In this document: one piece after another, positions 25,088 to 37,229 of the stretch | Layout of the letters: the number at the start of each line of letters is the position of its first letter | Position numbering within the stretch: the stretch's first letter is position 1 | DNA from: Folioceros fuciformis | Taxonomy: Eukaryota | Assembly (NCBI GenBank): GCA_049999805.1 | Contig: JBNGIO010006183.1 | Coordinates: forward strand, 1-47,549 | Reading direction: 5' to 3' | DNA: 47,549 nucleotides | Notes under the pieces: model-generated | What the model was told of the DNA's origin: nothing | Seen by the model: the letters and a program-made list of their open reading frames with translations, nothing else | Databases searched by the model: none | Position numbers and translations under genes: made by a program

Positions 25088-25621
25088 TGTTACCCTCCCC
25101 GCGTCTCGTAGCGCCTCACAGTGCTCACCCCGGCAGGCAGCGGTATCCGGGCTCCCAGCAGAGCATTCAGGCGCAGGGAGGAGGGCTGGACTGCGAGGGC
25201 GGAGCACAAGCTAGTGCGAGTCTGAGGGACGGGGTAAGGGGNNNNNNNNNNNNNNNNNNNNNNNNNNNNNNNNNNNNNNNNNNNNNNNNNNNNNNNNNNN
25301 NNNNNNNNNNNNNNNNNNNNNNNNNNNNNNNNNNNNNNNNNGGGCCCAGCCTGCCCGTCCAGGACCAGCTCGGGCGCGATCGAGCCTGGCTGTCCTGTCG
25401 CTCACCGCAACAGCGACGAGACGAGGCAGGGCGAGCACGGCAGATGGCGACGGGAGCTGGGCGGGATAGCGGGGCGGGAGACGCAGGACGAGGGACAAGG
25501 TGAGGCAAGGCTAGGCGAGGCGAGGCCAGGTGAGGCGAGGCCAGACGAGGAGACACAAGCCGATCCCGAGGAGGGCGGGAGTGAAAACACGCAGGGTGCA
25601 CCAAAACGAGGTAAGTGAGCG

Positions 25622-25632
25622 GCTTATAAGGC
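25622..25632 (-). promoter_or_regulatory. Candidate TATA box for YUCCA copy 1
   Basis: CTTATAAG roughly 540 bp upstream of the ATG (span includes the gap), followed on the minus strand by a pyrimidine-rich, repeat-rich leader. Confidence 0.3.
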
Positions 25633-26354
25633 GCGGAGGAGGAGATAAATAATAAAAAAAAGGAAGAAAAAGTTTTGTAGGCGCCTCCGTATACCGTTAT
25701 GTGCAGCGCCACCGGGCTGTACTTGCCCCGAGTTGCAGCGCAGGGGCGGAGGGCTTTGCGGGAAGCGCTAGGGCAGTCGCAGGCCGGTGCGGCAGGGAAC
25801 GGGGGGCGTGGCGCTGTTTCCATCAATGCCTCGTCGGCCCCCATTATAATGCGTACCCGGGAAAGCCTTTCACCGCGGCCTCGTTTCACTGCTCCTTTAC
25901 CGCGTCGTGCCAGCTTTTCCACCGCCCCCATTATCCCGGGCGAGCAGGTGGCGCGCGGATACCACTCCACGGCCACGGCTGCGGCGAGGGATGGAAAGGA
26001 ATGATTGCGGCAATGATGAGCAGATCGGGCGGATCTAAGGGGGTCAGACGCGCGAAATTAGGCTCCGGGCCTGCTCCTAATCCACCCCCCCCCACCTGAG
26101 TGCCATCCAGGGCAGTGCTGCCCATTGGCGGAAACACGGGTTAGCTGGGTTGGGAGCAGGCCATGTGGAAAACACTTTGAGTCGGGGCCCCCCGGTTGGA
26201 GCCCGCGCCTCCCGCCCTCCCAATAAAATTCTTCCTAACACGGCCTATTCCTGGCGCCAGGGCTCCCAAAAGCCCTAATTTGGCCGCTAGCACCTTCGGG
26301 CAAGGCATGGCCACCAGCCAATCACTTGGCCCAATCACCGGGTCCCATTGCCAT

Positions 26355-26480
26355 GCCCGACCCGACCCGACCCGGTCCGGCCCGGCCCGGCCCGGCCCCG
26401 GATCCCTTTACTCACCACACCACACCACACCACACCAACCCAAGAAAAAAAAAAAAACAAGAACAAGAACAAGAACAATT
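26355..26480. repeat. Compound microsatellite cluster (CCCGA)n/(CCCGG)n/(CACAC)n/poly-A/(AAGAAC)n
   Basis: Directly visible in the sequence. Confidence 0.85.
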
Positions 26481-26711
26481 ACATACTCCCTTCTTACCCG
26501 TTGGCTGGGCTCGGCTGGACTGCTGGACTGGGCTGGGCCAGGCTAGGACTAGACTACTGCCGCCTTTTCCACTTTTCCTTTTGGCTTCTTTTGGTCTCCG
26601 CTTATCCATCCACGCCTCGCTTCCATGGACTGATGAAGCGTTCCGGCGCGCGCCTCCCCTCGCATCCCCTCGCGTGTCGTCCAGTGAGCCGTCTCGTGCG
26701 CTGGGCCACGG

Positions 26712-26792
26712 CCAGAGCGGCAGAGCCAGAACCAGAGAGCCTCAGCCAGAGCCGGAGCCAGAGCCAGAGCCAGGGCCAGGGCCAGGGCCACA
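26712..26792. repeat. Hexamer tract (CCAGAG)n grading into (CCAGGG)n
   Basis: gccagagccggagccagagccagagccagggccagggccagggcca. Confidence 0.85.
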
Positions 26793-28083
26793 GCAGAGCA
26801 ACCTTTTGCCCTTTAACACTTTGGTTGCGTTTCCGAGGCCGTTGCGATTCGTCGAATCGTTACAGGCGACGCGTGGCCCAGTCGGACTTGGCGGCGGGGA
26901 AAAGCGAGTCCTTGTTGCTTTCTCCGCCCGTTGCTCCGCGCATACAAAAATGGGAAAATAATCCTTCGCTGCTCCTGAAGCTGCGCTGTTGCTTTGTGAG
27001 GCGGAGACGGAGGCGGAGATGGTGGCACCGGCACTGCACGGTGACTCTGCCACCGGCAACAATAACGGGATTCTGGAAGAAGGCCTTATTATATTACTGC
27101 TCCTATGTACTTGGGTGTCCCTCCTCCCAAGTTTCGGAGACGAAAGCCAAGGCTGCTTTTCCCCCAGCGGGGGTCGACCGAAAGTCCGAGTCTCTGCCTT
27201 GTCGTTGAACGCGGAATGACGTGGGGAGTGCGGGGGGAGAGACTGACATCTCTCCATGCCTCCGGAGGCCTTCTTCCCTTCGGCTTTCCTCACCCTTTCC
27301 TTCCCTTCTCCGCCCTCCCGCTCCGCCGTGTACGCTTGTTCTCATCCCATTCCACACATGAAACGCAAGGGTCTGGAGGCAGCCACGTCCTACGGGCAGC
27401 TCCACATCTCGATCAGCGCATCCGATCATTGGGCCTGACTGCCGGGATTCCGGTAATTCCAGGCCAGCACCAGGTTTTTTTTGTGCTGATTTTTCTTCTT
27501 CTTTTTGCTTCGGGGAACGAGACGAGACCAGAAGCGCGCGGCGCTGTGCGGGTGTTGGATGTGCAGGTACATACAGTACGCAGATAGGGGCAGAAGATGG
27601 TGGAAACGCCTCGCCTTCCGCCCTTCCGTCTTTTCTTTTTATGTAACGTCAACAGAAAGCTGCCACAAAGTCATTACGATCTTGCTTCTTCTGCGTCGGG
27701 ACCTGGACAGCCAGCCTAGCCTCGCCCTCCCTTGCCTTCGCATACGTAATTGGCGTTTAGCGCCCCGGACCTTCACTTTTGCTGTCCACGTAACCCGCAG
27801 CCAGGCCAGCCAGGGGCCCAGCTTTGTGCGATGTGGGCCCCGCCGCCCTTCGCCTCTGCAAATGCAAACTGGCCGTGTCTCTTTGTTGGTTAGTTAGTTC
27901 AAGGCCCAAGGCCCAAGGCTTCCTGGGGTCTAAGCGTCAACCACATCTTCTCCAGACATTCCCTCCGATGTCCTGGCTCGAACACCACCTTCCCTTCTTA
28001 ATATCCAACATTCACTTCAGATGCCGGAATCCGGAGTGACCGGCTGCCTACTCCATCGGTCTCGTCACTTGGGCGGCCCATTT

Positions 28084-29820
28084 TCACATTACATTACGCA
28101 AGACAAGCGCGTTACTTTGTAACCAAGGACATTTCAACATGTGATGTAGAGCCACTAATGAGCCTGCGCCTGAGAGCCTGTCAGTGCCTGCCTGACACGG
28201 ACCTCTAGAGATAAGCGACCTGGATCGTCCACAGTTAAACGCTGCCACTGCAACCCAACCTTGTTGAGAGTTTTTTACACAGACGCCGGCCAGAAGGCAA
28301 CCGAGACGCACATCACAGGATTACGCAGGCCATGCATGGGGCATCCCTCTCGCTGGGCGTGGTGCATCACGTTTATTTCGTGTCAGCAGCAAGTGAGGAT
28401 AGTGGGGATAGATATACTGTGTGCGGCTTCAATGCGTCCCCATAGGATGGCGCGGAGCTGGCATCCATGCCTGCAACGTTAACGGTTGAGGCGGGCGGCA
28501 TCATATACATACATACTTCGTAAAATTCCCTCCCCGTATTTGAAGCGCCTATGTGTACATTACCTGGGGAATGTATGTCCGATTCCCCTCTAAGTGGACC
28601 AAATATCCAGACAAGGCAGGGGCAAGGCTCTTGGCTTGCGGCCTAGCTGGCTAAGCCTGCTTATTCGATCTTTTCAGGAGACTCCACCAGCCTGGGCTGG
28701 CCGGCCGGGAGTAGAGAATCACGAAATCCAAAGCTCTCGAATAAGGCTCTTGAAGAGGGATATCCTCGGCCAGGCCAGGCCCTGTGATGAGACGCCATCG
28801 AACAAGGTACCCACCTACTTACACCTACCAGGCTACCGGCACTCTAGCGACGTCAGGCCCAGCCCCTGTTTAATTAAAGTAGCTGCAACGTGAGCCGTGC
28901 TCCTTATGCCGCAGACTGCCAGTGGCCCATGGCCACAGCCAGACTGTACCTATCGAGGGGCCCGTCTTAAACCACTGCACGCTAGAGCTGGGAATGTCAC
29001 TCGGCCTCATGGACAAGTACAAGTACAAGTACTACATGCCACTGGACGGGCTCAAAGCCAGGTCCCGGCCCCGCCGTATGGGCTGCTGGCTTCCAATCCC
29101 GCTCGCTTGTGGCTGCATTTGTTCATGAATTGAAGCCTGCCGCTACCAAAGCCAAGGGGATGACAGCCAGGCCCAGGCCGGCATGGTGGCCAGCGCCTTG
29201 CCCGTCGGAACCTGGATCCGGAACTGGACCGTTGCACAATCGCTTACACACTTGGTCTAGTTTTGCTTCCATGGAATCCTGGAACCCTGGAGCCAGCAGT
29301 CGTCCGAGTTCAAGTCGCCTTCATCTGGCCAGGCAGTACCAGCATGGCATGCGCAGTGGTAGAATGCAACAGAGACGTAATTGCGGGCGTCGCCATCGCA
29401 CTGTGACGGTGAAATGTAGTTACTCCTTCACATAAGCGCGTGGGACGTGCCAATAACGTCAACTCCTGGGCAGCTCGCTCACATTCACGAGCACACGCGG
29501 GCCAAGGGTGAAAGCAACCTCGAGCTCATCCCTAGGCCCCTCATGTCGTTGCCTGGCGCTGGGCCTTCTCACTGCCCCGCCTCGCCCCAGCTTCCTCCTT
29601 ACCAATCCTCGCTCGCAACCGCTTGCGTCCAGCTTGATACCAGCATACTGGGCAACATATATATACAAGAGTGAAGAGGAGGGCATCGAATCGTGGTAGG
29701 CCAGACTGGGCCATGGAGAAGCCGGTAGTGGTGGGGCGGCGACTGGTAGCTCGAGTGCCACTGCCGTCGCCGTCACCGCGGCCTTGAACACCATCCCTCC
29801 CTCCACCGCCCATCTCGCTG
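28084..29820 (-). repeat. Copy 1 of a triplicated ~2.4 kb unit of unknown, probably once-coding origin
   Basis: Colinear with ~37232-38960, e.g. cctgtgatgagacgccatcgaacaaggtac (28781 and 37826) and caagggtgaaagcaacctcg (29503 and 38636). Confidence 0.85.
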
Positions 29821-29895
29821 GAAAACAACTCGGCCCCCTCCTCCCTCCTTTTTTTTGATGGCTTTGTAAGCTCACTTGCCTTGTGTGCCTGCCAC

Positions 29896-29936
29896 CACCT
29901 ACCTACCTACCTACCCACCTACCTACCTACCTATCC
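29896..29936. repeat. (CTAC)n microsatellite
   Basis: cacctacctacctacctacccacctacctacctacctatc. Confidence 0.9.
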
Positions 29937-29949
29937 AGCACATATAAGC

Positions 29950-32900
29950 CGCAGGATATATCATATTTAACTGTGCCACCCAAGAATGCTGGCCTTTGTT
30001 GAAAGCATATCAAAGATATCCATTAGGCTAGCCTTTGTTGAACACATATCAAAGATAACTTATTACACAATCATTGTATGTATGACCAGATTGATTATTC
30101 AATGGATGACAAAGTGCTCCGTACAAGAGATTTCTATGTGCAAGAACTACTATATATGTAAGGCTGACATGTTATTGTTCAATGATTGGGTTCAAGTATG
30201 GGTATGGCTGTGTGGCACCCACCAAAGTGCTTTATCCAAGCCTAGCTTTCTTTCTAGATCCGAAACACCACGGAACAAAGGATGCCTTGCACCAGCCGCC
30301 AAATTTTGATTCAAAAGTGCTACTATGGCAAAAGCATCAAGTGCCATGGCCGCCAGAACCTATGGCCAAACCAAAACATCACTTAGATTTCAAAGTTTGA
30401 AAGACCAAGCACCAAAGTTGGACATGTACTAGCCATCTCCCGCCAAACTACAAAGTGTGCACGAGCAAAAGCATTACTTTTAGATTTGGGGAAGAAGACA
30501 AAGTTGGGAAGTTGAGCGTACTCTAGCCCCAAAGCTTTGCATTGCCTTTGTATGTACTTGAAACTAGACAACCAAAGTGCTTACAACAAGACGTTGAACT
30601 TCAAGTTGAAAACTAGTACTATACATTATTGAAAGGTACCTTGAGATCTTCATATACTATGTTTCTACGCAATCATTGTGTCTGAAGGACCACCGGAGAC
30701 CAAAGTTAGTAGCATGTCCCAATCGCCAAAGCGCTACAATCACAAGAGCTATGATGTACAATGTATCATGTTTTCAAGTCCGAGAGTCCAGGTGAATGAA
30801 TGATGTGGACAATGAGGAGTAAAAGCTCATGAACCTATACATGTATGTACGTGTGAAAGAACTTTCCTACATGGTACATTCATGTATACATAAACTACTC
30901 ACAATCATTGTATCCTATATCCAATGGTGGTACTTGAGTACGTGACTAGGCTTCATTTCGTATGCCCATTTGTGCTTGTCATTCTCACCTCAACTCACCT
31001 CACCTTGTCTTGCTCCAAGGTACGCCACCTTGGAATACGATTGTCGTGTCCTGTTGGTACTCTTACCAATCATTTGGCATTTTGCCAATCATTTTTTGTG
31101 TGATTGGTATGTCATTGTCATTGCTATTGAAAGGTACTTCGAACCTTTCTTGACAGTGAGTTGCGGAAAGGGATCAATGCATGTCACTAACTTTTACCAC
31201 ATGTATCGAGTATCTTTTTACAAATTCTATTTGACTGTTTGGATGTTGTTGACATTTCAAAAACTATTCAAAAATTGTATGTACTACTATATGGTAGGGA
31301 CACTTTGAGACCCCCCAAAGTTCACCTCCTTAGTGACCACACTTATCATATTGACACTTTGTACAATGGGTTTTGTTCCCATGAAGCATGAAGGAGAAAG
31401 CTCTTCATTCTCAATGGGATTTATTCCCATGAACCATGAAGGAGAAAGCTCTTCATTCTCACTGGGTTTTGTTCCCATGAGCCATGAAGGAGAAAGCTCC
31501 TCATTCTCTGTGGGTGAGCCACTACTCAACAACTCCCAACCTAGCCTTGCACACTATAGGGTGCACACATAAACAATCCCAAAGTTTGTACTCATACCAC
31601 CTTCTCTTCTCTACGAAATGCACACACTTTGCAGGCCTACTACAATTGCACACACTTTGCTGGCCTACAACAATTGCACACACTTTGCAAGCCTAGAACA
31701 ATAGGTTACCTCACTTATAGAAACTTTTTCTCACGACTTGATGGAGCCACTAATGACCAAAGATCCTTGAACCACATTACAATTCTAGCACCACCATGAG
31801 TTTACTCACATATTACAATGCATATTTGGGCTTCAAGCCTTATGCTTCACTGCACCCTTCTTCCTTCTCAAATCCTATGCTCTCTTCACCTCACCATTTG
31901 CAAGCAACACAATCTTCTCTTAATGTGTCTCCTCCAATTGCCTCACGTCTTGTGTGTTTGCTCCCATTGTAGTGCCTTTGCATGGGCAACCTAAACCCCA
32001 TGCAGTTTGCTTTACCGTCTATAAGTTCTTCATTGGGCCAACAACTGGGTGTTCGCACTTCTTGGTAAGAACCTCCATGGAATCTTTTCCTATAGTCTAC
32101 CCTTAAGCTTGTAATTTGCATAGGCATTCCCAAATCACACAACATCCATTCATAAGGGAAGCAACTTGCATAGGCGGCCACAAAAGGTGAGCCCTTTACC
32201 AACTTAAAGCACTTTGAACACTACAACTTTAGTGACAACCATGTGTTGTCATGGCAAATAGCCAACGATATGGTTTTGACCACCTCTACATGCTAAGGAG
32301 TATAATGGGCACTAACATCCTAGCTCTTGATGGGCTCCTAAGGAATAAACAAGTAGGACAACCCTAGTATATATGCTAATGCCCTTGAATTGTTTTCAAT
32401 ATGTTCTCAAAAGACGGCTCGCATGTTGGCACCCACCTCCATACCTCTTTTTAAAAAAAATTGGTAAGAGGACGCTAGCATGCTGACACTCTCCTACATA
32501 CGTCTTTTTTTAAAAAGTTGGTAGAAGAGCACTAGCATGCTAGCACCCTCATGTTGGCTTTTAAGAAAAGAAAAAGCTAAAGAGCATTGGCCAACCTCTT
32601 TTTCGTAAAACAATGTGTTAGTGGGTAGAACACATAATGTATAGCACCAACATGCCAACACAACCCTAAACTTGCAATTCAGCAAAAGGAAGGATGTTTT
32701 GATGAATTCATAGAAGCTAAACTCTTTTTCTAAGAATTAGATGGGTCCTTGGCACTTGGATACCAAAATAGGCTTAATTATTAAAAAAAATAACAGTGCT
32801 CGACTCACAAAACATGTCATTTATAACTATGAGTTCTATAGAAGAATGGTTATGGCCTGTGATGAACTGGAGAATGAGAATAAAATGTTATGGTTGCATT

Positions 32901-35050
32901 CTGATGAGGCGGAGAATACCATTTCCTTGGGAATAAAATGTTTTTTTTTTGTCTCTCTTGAATCATTTATACTCTACTACAAGTAACAGTTATGAATTAA
33001 ATCAGGAATACTTTTTAAATGATATGTTAAAAATAATAAACCTTTAAGATTTTTTTTATAATAAATTATGAAAAGGTTGAATAAAATAAATTTTATCAAT
33101 TACACATACTTGTTTGAAATTTTGAATCAAATTATTCATAATCTATTTTAAAAAATATAATATATATTATGGGAAAAAAATCACATCTACCTCAAAGATA
33201 AGAAGGAACAACCTCAAGAGGACCAAAGCTTAAAAGAGGACTAGCCCCGTAGAATATCATTCTTGAAACTACCTACTTTTGTTACTTTAAGGTGATGCAA
33301 AATGTACCTGCTTCTCTCATATTGCCTTCATGCAAAATCACAAAAAGACCAAGCTACAACATGTGAACCTACCTACAATATGAAGAGGCGGTGCACAATA
33401 ACTCTAGTGATAGGTAGAACCCTTCTCCTTCCAAACCATGATATTTTAGGTGGTAGGCAAGAGAAAGGTTTAGGTGGTGGGCAAGAGAAAGGTTGGCCAA
33501 AGAGCCAACGACACTAACTCTAGTGGTAGGTAGAACCTTTCTCTTATGGACCATGATATTTTAGGTGCTCTTGATAGTCATTGGACCATGATATTTTAGG
33601 TGCTATTCATAGTCATTAGGCTTTTGGGTCATTAGCCCCTAGTATTTCAATTACGACTTACTCCTAGTTAGGTAGATGGGTTTTTCTATATTGCTTTTCT
33701 AAAACAAATGGTCGTAACCTTTCTCTAGTCTTCAATGTAAATGGATACCCTCTACAAGAATACCCCTATACTCTATTTTGTACTTGTGATAGTCTTTTCT
33801 CCAGATATTTCAAGGTAATAGGATTTGGTCATAGTAAAACATAAATTATAAACATTTAAAACATATACACAATAATAGAGTCTATTGCACTCAAAATTTA
33901 ACATATATTATTTCTCCATCCCCACTATGGGAACAGCCCAAATCCTCTAACAACCTATGTAAACCACATGATTAATCCCATCATCTACTAACACATGTTG
34001 AAGTGAGGTGAAAGATAAAACCTTGTAAAACAACACAACCACATAGGAGAACAAGCTATCCAACCTCACAAAATATGACCACTATGCTCCCCACAATATG
34101 TTGCTTGAACATGTCCACAATCCACACACTAAGTTGTACCATGCTACATATGAATGAGAAATTCAATAGTTTACCTGGAGCATTGCAACTAATAATTGAT
34201 GCATAATTTCAAATTTGTTAAAATTGTTTGCACATTCATATGTGTTAATAATCCCACATTTTCTTGTTCAACGTATCATGCCATGCTTTTTTTTAATTAA
34301 ATATCACATAATAAAACTGTAAAAGACTTGAACATCAAGTCAAGTGAGCATCAAGTCAAGTGCATAGCATAATAAGATTTTGTTATTGTAAAGCGATGCA
34401 CTTTGAGTTCATAACATAAACACATTTCCTTATATAAAGACATACTCATGTGTTAATCTATTTTCTTAGCCTTGAAGTATGTTTTTCTAAGTCACTATCA
34501 AGATATTCCACAACATATAAGGCTTATTGCCCCTTTCATCTATGGGAAAATAGAATATTTAGTAAATTATTATTTTCAAAAGTTTATCATCCTGTATCAC
34601 ACATAATAGAAGATATGAATTTCCAAGCTTACAAGCAAAGAGAAAAAGTATCTTGTTAGTTGTATAAAAAAGGAAAAATTTTAATCTTAATTGATACATA
34701 TTATCTATCCTTGAAGTTTTTAGGTTTAGCACGACCAATCAGTAGGAAAGTTTTTTTTATTTTTTAGGAGTTTTAGAGAAAATAAAAACATGCTTAAGCC
34801 CCTTTAATTGTATCTTTTTATAGGTTTTAGTGCAATAAATATAGACATCCCTAAAGAAGTTAAGCATGCTCTCTAACAACATGTCCATTACGTCCTCACT
34901 AGGAATAGTGAAATATTATAAAATTTTAAGTAAAATAGTATTAAAATGTTTAATGGTTTTGGGATCTATTTTTATTATATATATATATATATATATATAT
35001 AATCGGTCTGAAACCTAGGTAATTAAGAATAAGTAGAGAGACAAGACAAT
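29950..35050. other. AT-rich, stop-riddled block with internal tandem repeats; probable decayed transposon-derived insertion
   Basis: Abrupt GC drop relative to the flanks; no recognisable protein; internal duplications at 31367-31510, 31620-31700 and 33401-33620; ends near (AT)n at 34977-35001. Confidence 0.45.
31367..31510. repeat. 57-bp tandem repeat, about 2.5 copies
   Basis: tggg(t/a)ttt(g/a)ttcccatga..catgaaggagaaagctc(t/c)tcattctc at about 31368, 31425 and 31463. Confidence 0.8.
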
Positions 35051-35859
35051 AGGTGACGGGTCGCGCTGAATCTAAAAACTACCCATGGTGCGATAGTTTC
35101 AATTATAAACTCATACATACTTGCGCATAAATATCTAACCTTGTTGGTAGGTACCATATGCGGGCCCAGGGTTTTCTTTGGGCATCCATCGATCTTCTAC
35201 TGCTGGGCATCCCCATCCAATTCAATGGACATCCCCATCCAATTCAATGGACATCCATATGGCTTGGCACCCATGGATGCCCCCTTGTTGTGGCCTAGGG
35301 TTCGCGTTTGGCATCCATCAAAGGATGCTCTTGCTGGGCACCCATCTGTTCCCGCGTATACAGGCCCAGGGTTCTCTTTGGGCGCCCACCGATTTTGCTC
35401 TTTCAGTACAGGCCTTGAAATGCGTGCTTGCATCATCTACTTGTTTGGAACATTTAGATTTGGTATCTATAGATGTCCAAAGTTCTGGTTCACAAAGTTC
35501 CAGACGGAGTCCATTGGCTCGCTGATGTCCTCAGCCAGCCAGACGAATGAAGTGAGCTGTCTGAAAATTGGTAGCATGGAGCCGCATCCTGGCCCTTCAA
35601 TGGTCGGTCCACAGTGGATCACAAGCCATGACCAGCAATCCCACTAGTAGCATCGTACCTGCAGGGGTACCCAGCTACAAACACTTACCAACAATCTGGC
35701 CCCTCTAAGAACTGTTTAATCAAAACTGCTGCAGCATGAGCCGTGAACCTTGATGGTGCTGTTTTTCACGGGCCCCGAGCCAGGCAGGACTTGCGGCCAT
35801 CTTTCACCTCTCGCCGCAAGAGCTAGGGAACGTCACTCGGATACTACTGCCAAATTGAC

Positions 35860-37226
35860 TTCACCTACTCCTCCTGTACCGGGCGCCGCCCCTTGGGCGG
35901 CCTGAAGGCTAGGGCCGGCCGATGAGCTGTTTCCCACGCCTGTTTCCTGTGGGTCCGCTGTTCATGAATTGGAGCTGCCTCTTCCAATGACATGAATTTG
36001 GCAGCTGGGGGGGCCCGGGCACGGGCCGGAATTGCGTGCAACGGCGTGCTTCTGATCGGTCCCAATGTTCACGGTGTCCTGCAGGGATACGGGCCCGGAG
36101 CTGGCTCCAACTCGCTCGCACATTACTTGAATGAACTTGAGCCATGCACCCTGCAGTAGCTTTGATTGGTCAGGACCCTAGCCACCGTGACTGCCATGGC
36201 AGTACCAGCATGCAGTGATAGACTGTCCACATACGTGCGAGCGTTGCAATCCGCCCAGGCGACAGTGCAATACCGTTACACTTTCAGTCAGGCGTGGGGG
36301 ACTTGCCAATAATGTCAACTCATGGGCTACTCTCCAATCTGTGAGCGAGTGCACGCCGGCCATGGGCGACAGCAACCTCGTGCTTATCTTCGCATGCCGT
36401 TGCCTGGCCGCCTCACTTGTCCGCTTCATCGCAGTGTTTTCCTTTCCAGTCCTCGGTCGCTTCCGTCCGGCTAGCATATGCAAACTTGAGGAGTTGAGCG
36501 AATCACGGTAGCTACGTCTGGCTCGGACCGTGGAGCAGAGGAGGACCTTGCTCCAAGAGCGCGGGGGGTGGGTGAGGTGCCGTCGCCTTCGCCTTCGCTG
36601 AGGACTTGAACTCGATCCCGGGCCCGAGCAGCTCACTGCAAAATCACAGCTCTCTTCTCACCGTCTTTCCTTGGCCTGGGTAGGACACTTTCCGTTGTGT
36701 GCCAGCCCAGAGCCAACACGCCTCTGCTTGGTTGATAACTATGCGGAGTATCTGTGTGCCAAGTATACAGCAACATACTGGTAGTTGAAAGACTTGCCCG
36801 TTGCTGCTGTCGTGTGCTTCGTTCCGGGGTGTCCACTTGTCCGCTCTTACACGTTTGCACGGTTCAGGCTAGCGATACAAAGCGGGTTTCCTCATCTCAG
36901 AGCGGCCTCATTGCGACGTCCGTAAGACTGGCGTTCTTGGGGCAGCCCACCCGTCTCCTGTCCTCTCCTCTCCCCCCTCGCCGGGGCTGGTTCGCAGCCT
37001 CCTCATTGCCCGTCTGCCCAGTTCTGGTCTGGTGGTGAGTGTGGCGAAGTTCATTGTTCGCACCTCTGCTCTACAGCGGCGACCTCGTCTCCCCACAGCC
37101 TCCTCGTTGCCGTCTGCCCGGCTACCCTGTTCCGCGCTCTCTGGTGGTGAGTCGCAAACCTAGCTCTGAGCAGCTCTGGTCTGGAGGGGCGAGCGACCTC
37201 ACCTCCTCGACTGCTTGTACGTAATC
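35860..37226 (-). repeat. Copy 2 of the triplicated unit (truncated, internally deleted)
   Basis: Shares agcaacctcgtgct (36370 and 38647), agcagctcactgcaaaatcacagctctc (36627 and 39113), and the 36870-37225 block with 41240-41575. Confidence 0.85.
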
Positions 37227-37229
37227 TGC

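Noticed and set aside
24431-25111. 226-aa plus-strand ORF
   Set aside because: Antisense shadow of the GC-rich YUCCA exon 1.
26326-27293. Long overlapping ORFs (211, 286 and 183 aa)
   Set aside because: Driven by GC-rich microsatellites giving low-complexity translations in several frames, with no recognisable domain.
31750-32400. piggyBac transposase C-terminal remnant
   Set aside because: Only a CxxC-like stretch is visible; no convincing GVDxxDQ or KWW motif and no TTAA-flanked TIRs.
36330-36470. bHLH domain in the repeated unit (SEAARQRHAKISTRL)
   Set aside because: The resemblance to the basic region is superficial; no ExxRR core or helix-2 pattern is conserved across the three copies.
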